Assembly: GCA_964016885.1 (NCBI GenBank)
Contig: OZ024740.1
Coordinates: 2,046,001 to 2,110,000 of the forward strand
DNA: 64,000 bases
Reading direction: 5' to 3'
Source: Eledone cirrhosa
Lineage: Eukaryota
In this document: positions 1 to 12,320 of the stretch, in pieces
Numbering within the stretch: position 1 is the first letter of the stretch
Layout: each line of letters begins with the position of its first letter
Notes under the pieces: generated by a model
What the model saw: the letters and a program-made list of their open reading frames with translations, nothing else
Told to the model about the DNA's origin: nothing
The model's database searches: none
Translations under genes and position numbers: made by a program

Positions 1-632
1 GCTGTAGTAGGTTTTACTATATATTTAGGTAAGGCGGGTCTTCTCTGTTACTGAGTACCGCCAAAGATCTCGGTCCAGTGACACTGTCTTGGAGAGGTGT
101 AAGTGTGTGAGGTCGGAATTTATCAGCTCGTCCCAGGTTTTTCTAGGTCTGCCTATTCCGTGGCTACCGTTTATCTTTATTGCCCTGCACTTTGTTATAC
201 AGCTATCGACTTTCATGCGCATCACATGTCCATACCAACGTAGCCTTCTCTCGAGTAAACAACATCTGATCCCTCTTATTTCTAATTTTTTCCTTAGTTC
301 GTTTATGCTTTGCCGTTCACGTATATTACTATTACACATCCAGCGGAGCATGCAAGCTTCATTTCTCTCTAGTCTGCGTATATCCTCTGCACACAATGCC
401 CAGGTCTCACTGCCATGCAACATTGCTGTTCGTATGCAGGCATCGTACAACCTGCCTTTCATTTTTAGGGAGAACCCTTTAGCAGCTAATAGTGGTATAA
501 GCTCTCTGAACTTTTTCCAACCAGTTCTGACTCTAGCTACTGTACTTTCAGAGCACCCTCCCCCACTGCTGATTTTGTCACCCAGGTAGCGGAAGCTGTC
601 CACTATTTCTATAGAACCCTCTGCGCAGTTGA
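1..632 (-). mobile_element. 5'-truncated RTE-clade LINE (family A), RT C-terminus
   Basis: ORF 25..708 ([12 protein letters not shown]...RLRWYGHVMRM...GRPRKTW) is near-identical to the C-termini of the longer copies. The 5' truncation abuts (TA)n. Confidence 0.93.
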
Positions 633-673
633 TATATATATATATATAATAACTAGAAATTGATAAACATGAA

Positions 674-894
674 TGTAAAGTGGACGTGTAGGCGCCACAA
701 AAAAGCACCCAGCACTCACTGTAAACGAGGTTGGTGTTAGGAAGGGCATCCAGCTGTAGAAATCAAGGCAAATCAGTTCCTCTATGAGCAAGGCATGGTC
801 AGCCGACCAGACACTGCCCACAACAGGACAACCCGTCTAACCCATGCTAGCGTGGAAGAACGGACGTAAAACAGTGATGATGATGATGATGATG
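674..894 (+). mobile_element. RTE LINE 3' UTR fragment (family B) with (GAT)n tail
   Basis: Nearly identical to 46320-46509 and ends cggacgtaaaacagt(gat)n. Confidence 0.85.
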
Positions 895-1347
895 AATCAC
901 AGGAGATAATTTTTACAAGTATAATTTTTACAGGCACACATAGCTAGGTAGGTAACTAAATAAAATTAACCAGAACTTCAAAAATAGATACCTTATAATA
1001 TGATTAATCTGTATATATTCCATTAAAGAAATATATTTCACCAATTAATCGAATGGTAAACCATGGAGGCCAGTACTTGGATTTTCAACAAGGACCTATT
1101 CGTTAGAATCTTAGAGCTTATTTTGCGGGTGATATGGCGCATGTCTTTCTGGCATGACACCCATAATTTTGATTATCTTAATTTTGGATATATATATATA
1201 TACTTCAGAATAATAACAACTCCAGAAAAATTTTACTGTAGAGTGCTTTTAATCTATTGTAAAACTATATTCATTGAATAATCAATGAACCTCATTTATA
1301 TATATATATACATATATATATATACATATATATATATACATATATAT

Positions 1348-1510
1348 AAATGAGGTTGGTGTTAGGAAGGGCATCCAGCTGTAGAAAACAAGCCAGAATC
1401 AGTTCCCATATGAGCAAGACAAGGTCAGCCGACCGGACACTGCCCACAACAGGACAACCCGTCTAACCCATGCTAGCGTGGAAGAACGGACGTAAAACGG
1501 TGATGATGAT
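1348..1510 (+). mobile_element. RTE LINE 3' tip (family B) in (TA)n
   Basis: gaggttggtgttaggaagggcatccagctgtagaaa...cggacgtaaaacggt(gat)n. Confidence 0.85.
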
Positions 1511-1603
1511 ATGTATGTAAACGGTAAACAGAAATAACACCACAATCAGTACAGTATATGGAAGGGATATATTAGGTTAACACTTGATATAGTAGGAAGA
1601 GGG

Positions 1604-1639
1604 TCTTAACGTTTCAGACGCTAGTCCTTCATCAGAAGA
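1604..1639 (-). ncRNA. Minimal type I hammerhead ribozyme motif (Penelope pLTR remnant)
   Basis: The minus strand reads UCUU-CUGAUGA-A-GGAC UAGC GUCU-GAA-ACGU-U-AAGA. This gives both core boxes, stem I UCUU/AAGA, a 4-bp stem II and a palindromic stem III. Confidence 0.7.
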
Positions 1640-2593
1640 AAGAATGAGAAATAAGATAGATTGAAGGGACGGGTGGGAGGGAATTGGAAAAAATGTCTTT
1701 AGTTAAAAATAACAGGTCCATTCATGTTGACATCTCTTGCAAAACTGTTGGTGCTGGCGTTTCGTGTATGATTTAATTTTTAGAAAAGCAGATGATGGAG
1801 CATGTCTACCTGAAATGGAAAAGAAAACGTTTTGTAAAAAGAGCTATACTTGTGCATGTGTTTGTGTGTGTGTGTGTTATACATCCGTACGAAGGTAAGA
1901 AGAAATGTGTGTGTATGTAAGTAAAAGAGTGTGTGTGCATGTAAGTACGAAGCTATGATCAAAAGTATGTATCGGCATGTATTAGTAGTAAGAGAAGCTG
2001 CAAATGATGAAGAGAAAGCGATAGGAATCTAGGGGTGTGATAATGGACGGGGTATTATATATATACATATATATGTATGTGAATTTTGTATATCCAAAGA
2101 TATATGTTATGTGCAATAAATAAACATTTTGAACTGCTGTATCGTTTTAGGGGTAATGTGTTCTGTCCTTATATAAAATTGTAGTGTGATTTGAGAAAGA
2201 TAAGGCTGCTAAGCTCTTTGTCTCACTGGTGATTACATAACAGTATTTTAATTTGATGTTTTTTTTGGTTCTCTTTTTATTAAATGTTGTCTTTAATATT
2301 GTTAGAATAGATATATAAACTGTAGTATGTTACCCACTGTGTTGGTATCTCAAATAGTACTGCATTTCTATAGTCTTTGCTACATAACAGAGCTGTTATG
2401 TAGCAAATATAAATGTCTTATGCCTATACCAGCATGATACTAGAAACAACAACAAACACTTTTGTCAAATTGTATGTGTGTGTATATACATATATATATA
2501 ATTATCAACTTTTATGTGTGTATATATATATATAATTATCAACTTATTCTATATATGTGTCTCTCGACTTAATTGAAACGATAAGAAATTGAA

Positions 2594-2704
2594 ATCATTG
2601 TTATCACTTGAAGTAATTAGTAACAACCTCATCATTGTTATCACTTGAAGTAATTAGTAACAACCTCATCATTGTTATCACTTGAAGTAATTAGTAACAA
2701 CCTC
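2594..2704. repeat. 37-bp tandem repeat x3
   Basis: atcattgttatcacttgaagtaattagtaacaacctc occurs three times exactly. Confidence 0.9.
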
Positions 2705-2979
2705 AGGAGTTTTAAAAATCCACCAATGAAAAAAATTGTTATACGAAAGAATAGAATGTAAGAAGAAAATACAAGTGAAGTTGTATGTTCTCCAGACTTT
2801 AACAAACATGGTCTCGTTAGCCAACAACATATCAACCCACCCATATTAACTGTGTTAACATCACACTGGTGCAGGTCGCTGTTGTAACAATTGCACAACA
2901 GATGGTGTCACAGAAATACGCATGATTATTAAATATGATTGTGTAACTTCTGCTTTAACATTTATTTATACATACATAT

Positions 2980-3366
2980 AACAGAGAAGACCCGCCTTGC
3001 CAGTAGGCATCTCTAACAAAATACACCCCGTCCCGCCACCACCCCCACCCCATCCACACCACCCCGTTCTATGTAAAGTTATGTTGGTGCCGCGCCATCC
3101 AGGCCGAAACAAATGAGATCGTGTAGGTGTCACGACAAAAAAACACACAGTCCACGCTGTAATGTGGCCGTGTAGGCAACACGGTAAAAACCTCCCAGAC
3201 CCACACTGTAAATGTGGTTGGTGTTAGGAAGGGCATCCAACTGTAGAAAACCTGCCAGACAGTCCTATGCGAGCAAGACAATCACTCTTGCCTCAAGTGG
3301 GACTACCCCCGTCCAAACCCATGCAAGCATGGAACACGGACGTTAAACGTTGATGATGATGATGAC
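2980..3366 (+). mobile_element. RTE LINE 3' end (family A)
   Basis: Reverse complement of 29000-29410, ending cggacgttaaacgtt(gat)n. Confidence 0.9.
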
Positions 3367-5214
3367 ATACACATATATATATATAGGAAAAAGTATGACC
3401 CACTCTACTACCCTAAGTATTGAGTACTCTGGTGTGTTATGGTCCATCTGGTTCCTTACCACAATTCCTTTGTTATATATATAATCATCATCATCATAGT
3501 TCAACATCTGTTTTCTCTGCTAGCTAGCATGGGCTGGACATTCAGTCACAGACTGGTCAGTACTCAAGCAAAGCTTTTGACCTCCAAGTGGGTCCTGGGG
3601 CCCAACATACCATCCTACCTTGGTTGGATTTGAATTCAGACCTAAAACAAATTCTGTAAGGTATTTTGTCATATACTCTGCCTTGTAGGGAGTATGATGT
3701 TTTTACCTCCACCATCTTGTATTAAGGGGATTACTCCCTTGTCACATAGAGGTTGTCTCATTGGTTTGTGTAGAATTTATTGATGTATGATATGGCTGTC
3801 TTTGGTTATTTCCTCAAATCTATAAATTATTTTCTCAGATATATAAATTATTTTCTTAAATCTATAAATCATTTTCTCAAATCTATAAATTATTTTCTCA
3901 GATATATACATTATTGATGATGGTAGTCTCACATTTAGAATGAGTTGAAAAACTTGTTGGAATCATTTACCTTGTTTAGATTTTTAGCACTCCTAGAGGG
4001 AGTTTTTCTGTACTAATTGTTTGGATAATCTCAGTTGATCACCATGTTACATATGTGAGGATCTACCGTATTTCTATTTTAGTGTGCAGAGCATGTATCC
4101 TTAAAGTACTGTATATACTCAAATATAAGCCAACCCCTTGTTTTGTTTTAGAAATAGTCTATAAAAGTGGTTTGGTTTTTCGCCTGAGGCAACTAATCAA
4201 CACATTCTTTAGATGGTGCATATAAACCAACCTCCCATTTTACCAGTGATTTTTTGGTCGAGATCTTATATGACTGAAATTATTTCTCTTGCTTTTCCCA
4301 GTAGTTTTTAAAATTCAGATTCATTCCAATCTGCATTGTCTACAGTGTGCAAAAATTTTGATCAGTAGATTTTATGGTAGTTCTCTCCCTTTGTTGATTT
4401 TATATGTTTTTTTTAAACCTCGGAAAAACAAGTTATTCAACATATTATGTCATTGGGTTTGTATTTAGTATGCAGAACACTCATTTCAGTATTTTCTTTG
4501 CTCAGCCATATTGTTGACAAGGGGAATAACTTTGTATGAATTGATGGTTGTGTAAGAAGTCAATGTTATGTTGCTTTTCAGAGTAGACTCCACTGAATCT
4601 ATCAACACATCAATTGGAGGGTTATATATTTCATATATCAAGTCCACTACTTCTAGACTGAAGAAAACAAAATATAGAGGACTGCCATTAGACTGTCTGA
4701 CCAGGCTCATGTACAGCTGGTAATAGACCCAGGCCAGATGTAAAATATAGACCTCTAAAGCTAATAATTGTTTCTACTTTTAGCACAAGGCCAGCAATTA
4801 TCCCAGTGTATTACTGGTACTTTATTTTATCGACCCTGAAGCTCAGACCAGCTAGGAAATATAGGCCCCATTTCAAACTACTCATTAAGTATTTTAGTAT
4901 TAGTATTAAATACATATGATATATGTGTGGGTTGCATATATATATAGTGTACATATGTTTGTAAAACTTGGTTTAGTAGGCCCCTTCAAAATTGTAAGTT
5001 CATACTAACTAACCCACCTGGCTGTCTCCTCTCTGTTCTGGCCTCTATGTAACCTCTTCCTCTCACTACCAAAATTACCAAAGACATTGGACATGATGTT
5101 AAACTAATCTACACTTCTTGTTGTAAATTATTGTAATAGCTAAAAGTAGTGAATACTTTACAGTAGATTGTATCAACTACCAAAATATGTCTTCCTACTT
5201 TATCTTCTATACAG

Positions 5215-5305
5215 ACACTGCTGCCATGGAGAAGAACAGGCTAGAAGAAAAACAGAGATCAGCTCGGCGAGAACGGAAGAAAAAGAAAGAAGAATGGACA
5301 CCTGT
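5215..5305 (+). CDS. OSBPL1A: Penultimate coding exon of oxysterol-binding protein-related protein (ORP1/ORP2 type)
   Basis: Pyrimidine tract and acag acceptor, gtaagt donor. Encodes (D)TAAMEKNRLEEKQRSARRERKKKKEEWTP(V), the EKxRLEEKQR motif of the OSBP domain C-terminus. OSBPL2 is equally plausible as the closest human paralogue. Confidence 0.9.
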
Positions 5306-5364
5306 GTAAGTCTGAGATTAAGTTTCCTTTAACCCTTTAGCATTTAAACCAAAACACTTTATTT

Positions 5365-5510
5365 TGTGTTGCTCCAATACACTCAGCTGAGAATACCAGC
5401 AGTAGCTGGGGAGTTAATCTTGTGATAGACTGGTGTCCTGTCCAGGGAGGTTCTTGTACTTTCCGTCGTTTAAAGCCAAGTAAATCATGGGTAAACACTA
5501 GCCTGAACTA
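5365..5510 (+). mobile_element. Degenerate SINE fragment with CORE-like and Meta-like domain
   Basis: gttgctccaatacactcagctg...cttgtgatagactggtgtcctgtccaggg resembles the MetaSINE central domain. Confidence 0.45.
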
Positions 5511-5589
5511 ACTTATAACTAAGATATAATACCCAATGGTCTAAGCTTGACCATCAGGCATTATATTCTATAAAGAGTAAAGAGTAAAA

Positions 5590-5883
5590 TCCTTCAGTTA
5601 CTAATGACCATGGGATTTACACCTCCAAGACATAAATCTGGGCAAGGTTGTTTGTGGAAGACCAACAGTCGCCCATGCAAACCAGTCTCCCCTCTCAACA
5701 TCACTGATGTTTCCCAAGGGAAAGGTTGATACAATTTGGCACCAGTGATGCTGCAGCTCATTTCTACAGCTGAGTGAACTGGAGAAACATGATATAAAGT
5801 GTCTTGCTGAAGGATACAACACACTGCCTGGTCTTGGAATCAATCACAACCTCATGATTTCAAGCCCAACACTCTAACCACTG
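5590..5883 (-). mobile_element. tRNA-headed CORE-type SINE in OSBPL intron
   Basis: Minus strand has an A-box-like agtggttagagtg and the core gtgttgtatccttcagcaagacactttat...cactcagctgtagaaatgag, shared with 19701-19840. Confidence 0.75.
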
Positions 5884-5928
5884 TTATATTCTATATATTC
5901 ACTACAGTTCTGTTTGTCTTTATTTCAG

Positions 5929-6031
5929 ATGGTTCCATTATGGGATCCATCCAACCACTGGTAAAGAAGATTGGCTTTTCAACAAAGACTACTGGCAGCG
6001 TGATTGGTCAAGATGTCCGGACATATTTTGA
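5929..6031 (+). CDS. OSBPL1A: Terminal coding exon of ORP1/ORP2-type oxysterol-binding protein
   Basis: ttatttcag acceptor, phase compatible with the previous exon (GT|A=Val). Encodes WFHYGIHPTTGKEDWLFNKDYWQRDWSRCPDIF*, matching the WF...W...YW.R.....PDIF/Y end of OSBP proteins. Confidence 0.92.
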
Positions 6032-6891
6032 CCATGCTTCATTCTTCATTCTCCATATTTTCAATTTAGTCTAATGTTTCTTCTATAACAGTTCAATATG
6101 CGAATTGAGTTCCATGGAAGGAATGTCTTTTTTTTCTTTCTTCTTTGGTTGAGGGTACAGTGCAGATTGTGTCTGCATGCAAGCCCACACATCACCGTTA
6201 CAGCATCGTCTGCACTTTTAGGTGTTGCAGAGAATGTGTTGGTTTGTTACTCCCTGTAACTGTATCTTATACTACTACATGGACTAAATACACGTCATAT
6301 CACACATACAGCACTGTAATGTCATTGCTATAGATTTGGGGGGAAATCAATGATGGTTATTTAATTAGCAATACTATGAATAAATCACTCAGTTGGTATA
6401 TGTATATATATATATGTGTACCTGTGTTATAGTTATTGTTTTTTTATCTACAGACAAAATATAAAACATTAACTAAAGTAGAACTTAATATATTTTGTAT
6501 AGTATATTATTTATTATGTGTAAGTATATATATATATATATATATATGCGTGTGTTACATGTATATATGTAACATATATATGCATACTTACACGTATATA
6601 TATATGTGTGTGAGTGTATTCAAAAGCAAACACAGACAAAAAAATTCTATTAGTCAATCACCTTAACAGTGTATAAACATAGACAGGTTGATTACACACA
6701 CACATATATATGTATATAATAAATTTATATATATATATATTATAAAATAAATTTATATATATATAATAACATAAATTTATATATATATATATATAATAAA
6801 ATAAATTTATATATATATATATATATATATTAGGAAGTGAGATTTTTTTTACAAAATGAAAAATAACTAAGGTGTCCTACACGAGTGAAAG

Positions 6892-7180
6892 TATAAAGAA
6901 AAAAAGATGAAATCAAAAATGCAACTGGAGTCTTATTTTTTTTTAAATATATATATATTTATTTGGTTCCTTTACCGGTTTCGCAGTTCTTCTGCTTTTC
7001 AAAATTAGAGTTGAGATGGAGGGTCTGTGGTTTTTCAAAAACCACAGACCCTCCATCTCAACTCTACTTTTGAAAAGCAGAAGAACTGCGAAACCGGTAA
7101 AGGAACCAAATAAATATATATATATTTTAAAAAAAATAAGACTCCAGTTGCATTTTTGATTTCATCTTTTTTTCTTTATA
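6892..7180. repeat. 289-bp near-perfect palindrome of a Penelope-type pLTR fragment
   Basis: Arms mirror around a single C at 7036 (ggtttttCaaaaacc) with only a few mismatches. Confidence 0.92.
7067..7102 (+). ncRNA. Minimal hammerhead ribozyme motif, U3-A8 variant (mirror copy on - strand at 6970-7005)
   Basis: CUU-UUGAAAA-GCAG AAGAA CUGC-GAA-ACCGGU-A-AAG, followed by AATAAA. Confidence 0.6.
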
Positions 7181-7230
7181 TATATAGATATATCTATATC
7201 TAGATATAGAGATATATATACATGTATATG

Positions 7231-7299
7231 TCCAAACCCGTGGAAGATGGACGTTAAACGATGATGATGATGATGTATACATGTGTGTATGTATATACG

Positions 7300-7341
<42 letters not shown>

Positions 7342-7860
7342 TATATATATCATCATCATCATTTAACGTCCATCTTCCACGCTAGCATGGGTTTGGATGG
7401 GAATTATTTTCCCACTTAAGGCAAGATTGGTTGTCTTGCTCGTATAGGACTGGATGCCCTTCCTAACACCAACCACGTTTAGTGTGGACTGGAAGGTTTT
7501 TACCGTGTTACCTACACGGCCACATTACAGCGTGGACTGTGTGTGTTTTTTTTGTCATGACACCTACACGCCCTCATTTGTTTCGGACTGGATGCTGTGG
7601 TACCAACATAGCTTTACATTGGAAGGGGTGGTATGGATGGGGTGGGGCCAGGGTGTATTTTTGTTAGAGGAGCCTACTGACTGTAGGTTTCGCTTTGTAC
7701 TTAGTAATACAGAAGACCTGCCTTGCCTGTGTATCGCCAAAGATCTCGGTCCAGTGACATTGTCTTGGAGAGGTGTGTGTGAGGTCGGAATTTATCAGAT
7801 CGTCCCAGGTTTTTCTGGGTCTGCCTACTCCGTGGCTACCGTCTATTTTTATCGCCCTAC
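7231..7860. mobile_element. Two RTE 3' ends tail-to-tail around (TA)n (+ tip 7231-7274; - fragment 7351-7860)
   Basis: Both carry ggacgttaaa(c/t)(gat)n tails. The minus copy includes [24 protein letters not shown]. Confidence 0.85.
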
Positions 7861-8094
7861 CCAAACCTTCACATCACGGCTCCAAATAATTTCCATCTTT
7901 CAAATATTTTCTTCAATGTTAATCTCCACAAACTCCCCACCCCACACATTTCTGATGATAAAGAAGTGGTCCTCTTCTACTCAATTACTCTGGTTTACAT
8001 ATTTAATTGAAATTCACTGCCGAAAGATGGTTTACCCAGGTCCTGCCAAGGGTGGCACCTCCAGGCCATATTTGTTTTAAGCTTAAATTATTAT

Positions 8095-8352
8095 TAAGAG
8101 CTGTGGGTTGGTTGAATCAGTAAAGCTTCAGACAAGATGCAGTATTTGTAGATTTATTAAGTCTATTAACTTAGAACTGGAGACTAAACCGAAAGAAAGG
8201 AAGAATGCAAATACATATTTTATTCTGGCTCTTTACATTCTGTTGAGATCAGTTTTTCCTCTCGTACTTCCGGTGTTGATAAAAAAGTACCAGTCACGTA
8301 TTGAGGTTGATATAGTCAACTTACACTGTGCCCTAAATTAGAAACAATTATT
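8095..8352 (+). mobile_element. Degenerate Nin-domain SINE
   Basis: ttccggtgttgataaaaaagtaccagt...gttgatatagtcaac...tgtgccctaaattagaaacaattatt; same family as 48890-49030. Confidence 0.6.
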
Positions 8353-8956
8353 GTGTTGGGGGACTAAGATGAAAACTGGTTTAGTTTGGAATAAGGAGCG
8401 TCATTTTAGTCACACACACCTACCCTTCTTCCACCCATCTTTCTTTGCTTGCCATGTTTTTCTTATAACATAAAAAGAAATTTTCCTCTTATCCATATCA
8501 GAAGAAATATTTAAATGTGAATATTTTGATACATGTGTGTGTATATATATATATATAGGCTGGTCCAGTACCCTATAGTTTCTGTGAAAGATTCTCAGAA
8601 AAGAAAAGGACTTTTTTTCATATATATAAAATAGAAAAAATGAGGAAGTTTCGTTTACATATAAAAAAAATATTTGTGTATCGACCTGTTACACTTTTTT
8701 CTATTATACACTCTGTCCATAGAGTGGTTGATTTGGTACCAACACCAGTATTTCACCATACTATATATATATTTTTTCTCTTCCATGTCTGAGGATCTGG
8801 TTACATGCCAGGGAAACCCCAGTTTTAAAGGCTACTGGTTAGGCTTAATAAAATACACACTCATACATGGTATTGAGTACTCTTCCTGTTCATAAAAAAA
8901 TAATGGATATATAAACATTGGTGAGTTTGAAAATTAACACACAAAGTAATAGATTT

Positions 8957-9118
8957 ATAAGATGTAGGAAGCTGAGACACAGAAAATAGCTACAAATAGT
9001 CAGTTGCTATAAAATAATTTATTGAACTCAGTTTCTTTGTATCAGCTGGTGAGTCTTTACCTAATTTTTATAGCAACTGACTAGTTGGCTATTGTCTGTG
9101 CTTCCTAAATCTTCTTAT
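8957..9118. repeat. Imperfect inverted repeat (about 55-bp arms)
   Basis: Perfect core tagtcagttgctataaaaat / atttttatagcaactgacta, extended by taggaagc/gcttccta. Confidence 0.75.
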
Positions 9119-9125
9119 GGATATA

Positions 9126-9159
<34 letters not shown>

Positions 9160-10739
9160 AAAAAGCAAATTTGGTTAGCTGGTTACATAAATGTATTTGA
9201 GTTTTGAATATAATTATTCGATATAAAACTCATGAATATATATATATTAGAATGTGTTTAACATAGTATCTAAAATATACATTAACTGATCGAGCACTCA
9301 ATACTTGTGGGTAGAGTGTAAATTATATTTTTTAAGTAGAAAGATGCCAGTGACTTTGAAATATATATAGTACCTTAGTAACATACATAGTTTAGACACC
9401 AATAGAAGTGTGTGAGTTGTTCAATGTTGTTTAAGATGAAGAGTTGATATTTTCACATATTGTAAGTTGTGATAGATAAAACTGATAACGATGTCGCCAT
9501 CTTTCTCTTGATCAGAATGTGTTTAAGTTGGTATTACCTGATGGAATTGGTGTAGATAGATTTAATGACACTTCCCCCCACCACCTTCATGTGATGGTCA
9601 GTTTTATATTGTATATGTATTTATATTTTTATAGGTTGCATTTTACACACACATATGCATACTCTTTTACCTGTTACAGCCCATTGACTGTGGCAAACCA
9701 ATCCATCTACCTATAGATAGATGTATGAGGGGAAATTCACCAAATGTTTATGGTCAAATAGTTTCATCTCTTACCCAAAAAACACACTATGTTGTATAAC
9801 AAAAGGACAGCTAAACTGTCTTTTAATTATTAATAGGTAAATTAACACACTTCTGCCTTATAAGTTTCTACTAATTTCAGTGATTTCTAGTCCAGTTTTA
9901 CATCTGAGTGTTAAACAGTTTTAGTCTGATAACGTTGTAGCCTTCACACCTTTACACAAGCTTTATTTGTATATAGCTGCGGATCAGAACTATATAGAAG
10001 AAATAAATGTTTGAACACTGCATATAATAAACTCTACCTCCTTACACACTCCTATGTAAATATATCTGAATACAATCAAATATTTGAAGCACCTGTAGGG
10101 TAGAGGAATTATATTTCTATGACACCCTTATGTCCAGTTACATAACATTTTTAAAAGTATTTAATAAATTGCATATTTCTCTTTGTTTTATATATTTTTC
10201 TCCCTTCTGGCAGTTGGTATAAACCCAGTCTGAGTCAGAAGAAGAAATATTTGAAACAAGTTTTGCCTCTTGCAAGAAACCATTGGTAGAATACAGAATT
10301 TGTCACATTTGTTTGTGTGTCTGTTTGTATAAATGTGGATCAATGCGTATGTGTTTTTGAACAAGTCCAAAAGAACTGCTCACCATTCAAGCATTCATTT
10401 TTTGGCCTTAACAATTTGTTTCCTCATTCCAGTATCACAACCACCACTATAACTACTACCACCAAATAGTATCAGCAATCACTGAACTTTAGACTTTTTA
10501 TTTTTTGGCTGGAAGGATAACTTCCATTTTGTAGAATTTTTCATTTTTGCAAATCTAATTGCAAGGAAAAAAAAAAAAAAAAGTATTGATTGGTTCTATA
10601 GACTGACGTATCTCAAAGTTTGATTGGAATAAACAAATTCTAAGAAATCTGACTTTCTTTTATTTTATATATATTGTACTGATATTGTTTCGATGTATCG
10701 ATATTGTGACTCAAAACTCAAAATAAATCAGCATGAGGC

Positions 10740-12320
10740 AGATATAGACTCCATTAGCCATGGAGAAAGCAGCCCATCTAAGAGGGCAATGGGGGTAGAC
10801 GTGAGTTCCATAAGCTGAAATGTAAAGAACAAAAGGACATGTTCTATGAGGAACTTTTACAGATAACCTCACCATGACAGGCAGTACCAATTCATGGTTC
10901 AAGAAATGAAAAGAAAGTGAGGCACCTGGAATTTTGTGATAGAAATTTCAGGAAACTGGCCCACCACCTGATCACATAGCAGTCAGAAGACATAAGCCAG
11001 ACTGATTTCTTATCTGTAAGACGAGATAGATGCTAAGGCCTTCTCTGGGGAAGCATGCACCGCCCAATACAAGTTATTAGTGACATCAGAATAAAAGAGA
11101 CAGAACAAGATACACAGAAAATTATGGAGGTTAAAGGACCTTTCTGTTTAATATTGGTTTAGAAAGGCCCTTCAAGATGCATTGGGTGAGAGGGGAGATG
11201 AGTTAAATACATATGTCAGAGGACAACTGGAAATTCTTATGTGACAACCTATTGTGAACATCTTGTGACGTGAAGTGTTCCACATTACAAGGCAGTGTCT
11301 TAACACCACTGATGCTTGTAGAGAATGGGAGGAGGACCAGCTTTAGGGTTAAAGAAGCATGGTAAAGCTGTGGGACTGGCTGTCCATGGAAACTTCTCTA
11401 TGTAGGTCTGGTTCTTATAGCTGAATGAATAAGTTCCAACTATGGAAACAGAATTTGGAATCCAAGGGCTGAGAGAAACTAAGCCAAAACTTAAGTGCTA
11501 GTAAGTAGGAAAGAAGACAGGACCCTGCTCAATATGTAGAACAGGAGCAGGCATAAACTCTATAAAATGTACACAAGAGATGTAGTGAGATAATAAGAAG
11601 GGAGGACTTTGTATGTAGATGCACAGAGGTAATCATTGAGAAGAGCATCAGTGATATAAAACTTTTCCAAACACATGAAGGATCCATAGAAATGGTTGAT
11701 AGTCTGCTATCCAGGGGACTTAATTAGCAGTAGAGCATAATAGCTAGGATAGGATGGAAGAAGTTTAGAGAGCTACTCCCACTTGTCAACGAAATGTTTC
11801 TCCCTACGTACAGAAGGACTGTACGATGCCTGTGTGCAAAGTACGGTGTACATGATAGTGAAATATAGACAGGGACTGCAGAGGATATGTGTAGAAGAGA
11901 AATGAAGCAGTCATTTGATGTGCAATATAAATGTGAGAGAAAGGCAGAACTTGGCCAAAATGAGGGAGAAACTGGGTTTAAGAGGAATCCAAAGTGGTAT
12001 GCAGGAAAGAAGACTACTTCTGCCCAGGTTTTCCTTTGTCTACTCTCCTGGAGTTATCTTCTACTTGGAACTCCTGGCTCTTCTTTACCCAACTGTCATC
12101 ATCCATATCTATTATGTGTCGATACCAGCACCATCTTTATTTTTTTATTTCTCTTATGCCCAGTTTTTCATTCAACTCATCTCTGCTTCACCATTCATGC
12201 ACGAGAGGCAACTAAAATAGTTGGTGGCAGAAAGGGCATCTGGCTGTAAAATGCTGTCTCAAAACATCCCATCTAAACCCTTCTAACATGGAAAAAGGGG
12301 CGTAAAAATATTGAAATATG
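10740..12320 (+). mobile_element. Old, multiply deleted RTE LINE remnant
   Basis: Short blocks resemble KDx[17 protein letters not shown] and MCNINVRER in colinear order, with a degenerate RTE 3' end (ggcatctggctgtaaaa...catggaaaaaggggcgtaaaa). Confidence 0.7.

Noticed and set aside
3715-4670. Additional Penelope remnant and hammerhead near 3720-3750
   Set aside because: A stem II-like GGGAG/UUCCC is present on the minus strand but the GAAA box is missing, and the protein similarity is too degraded to support.
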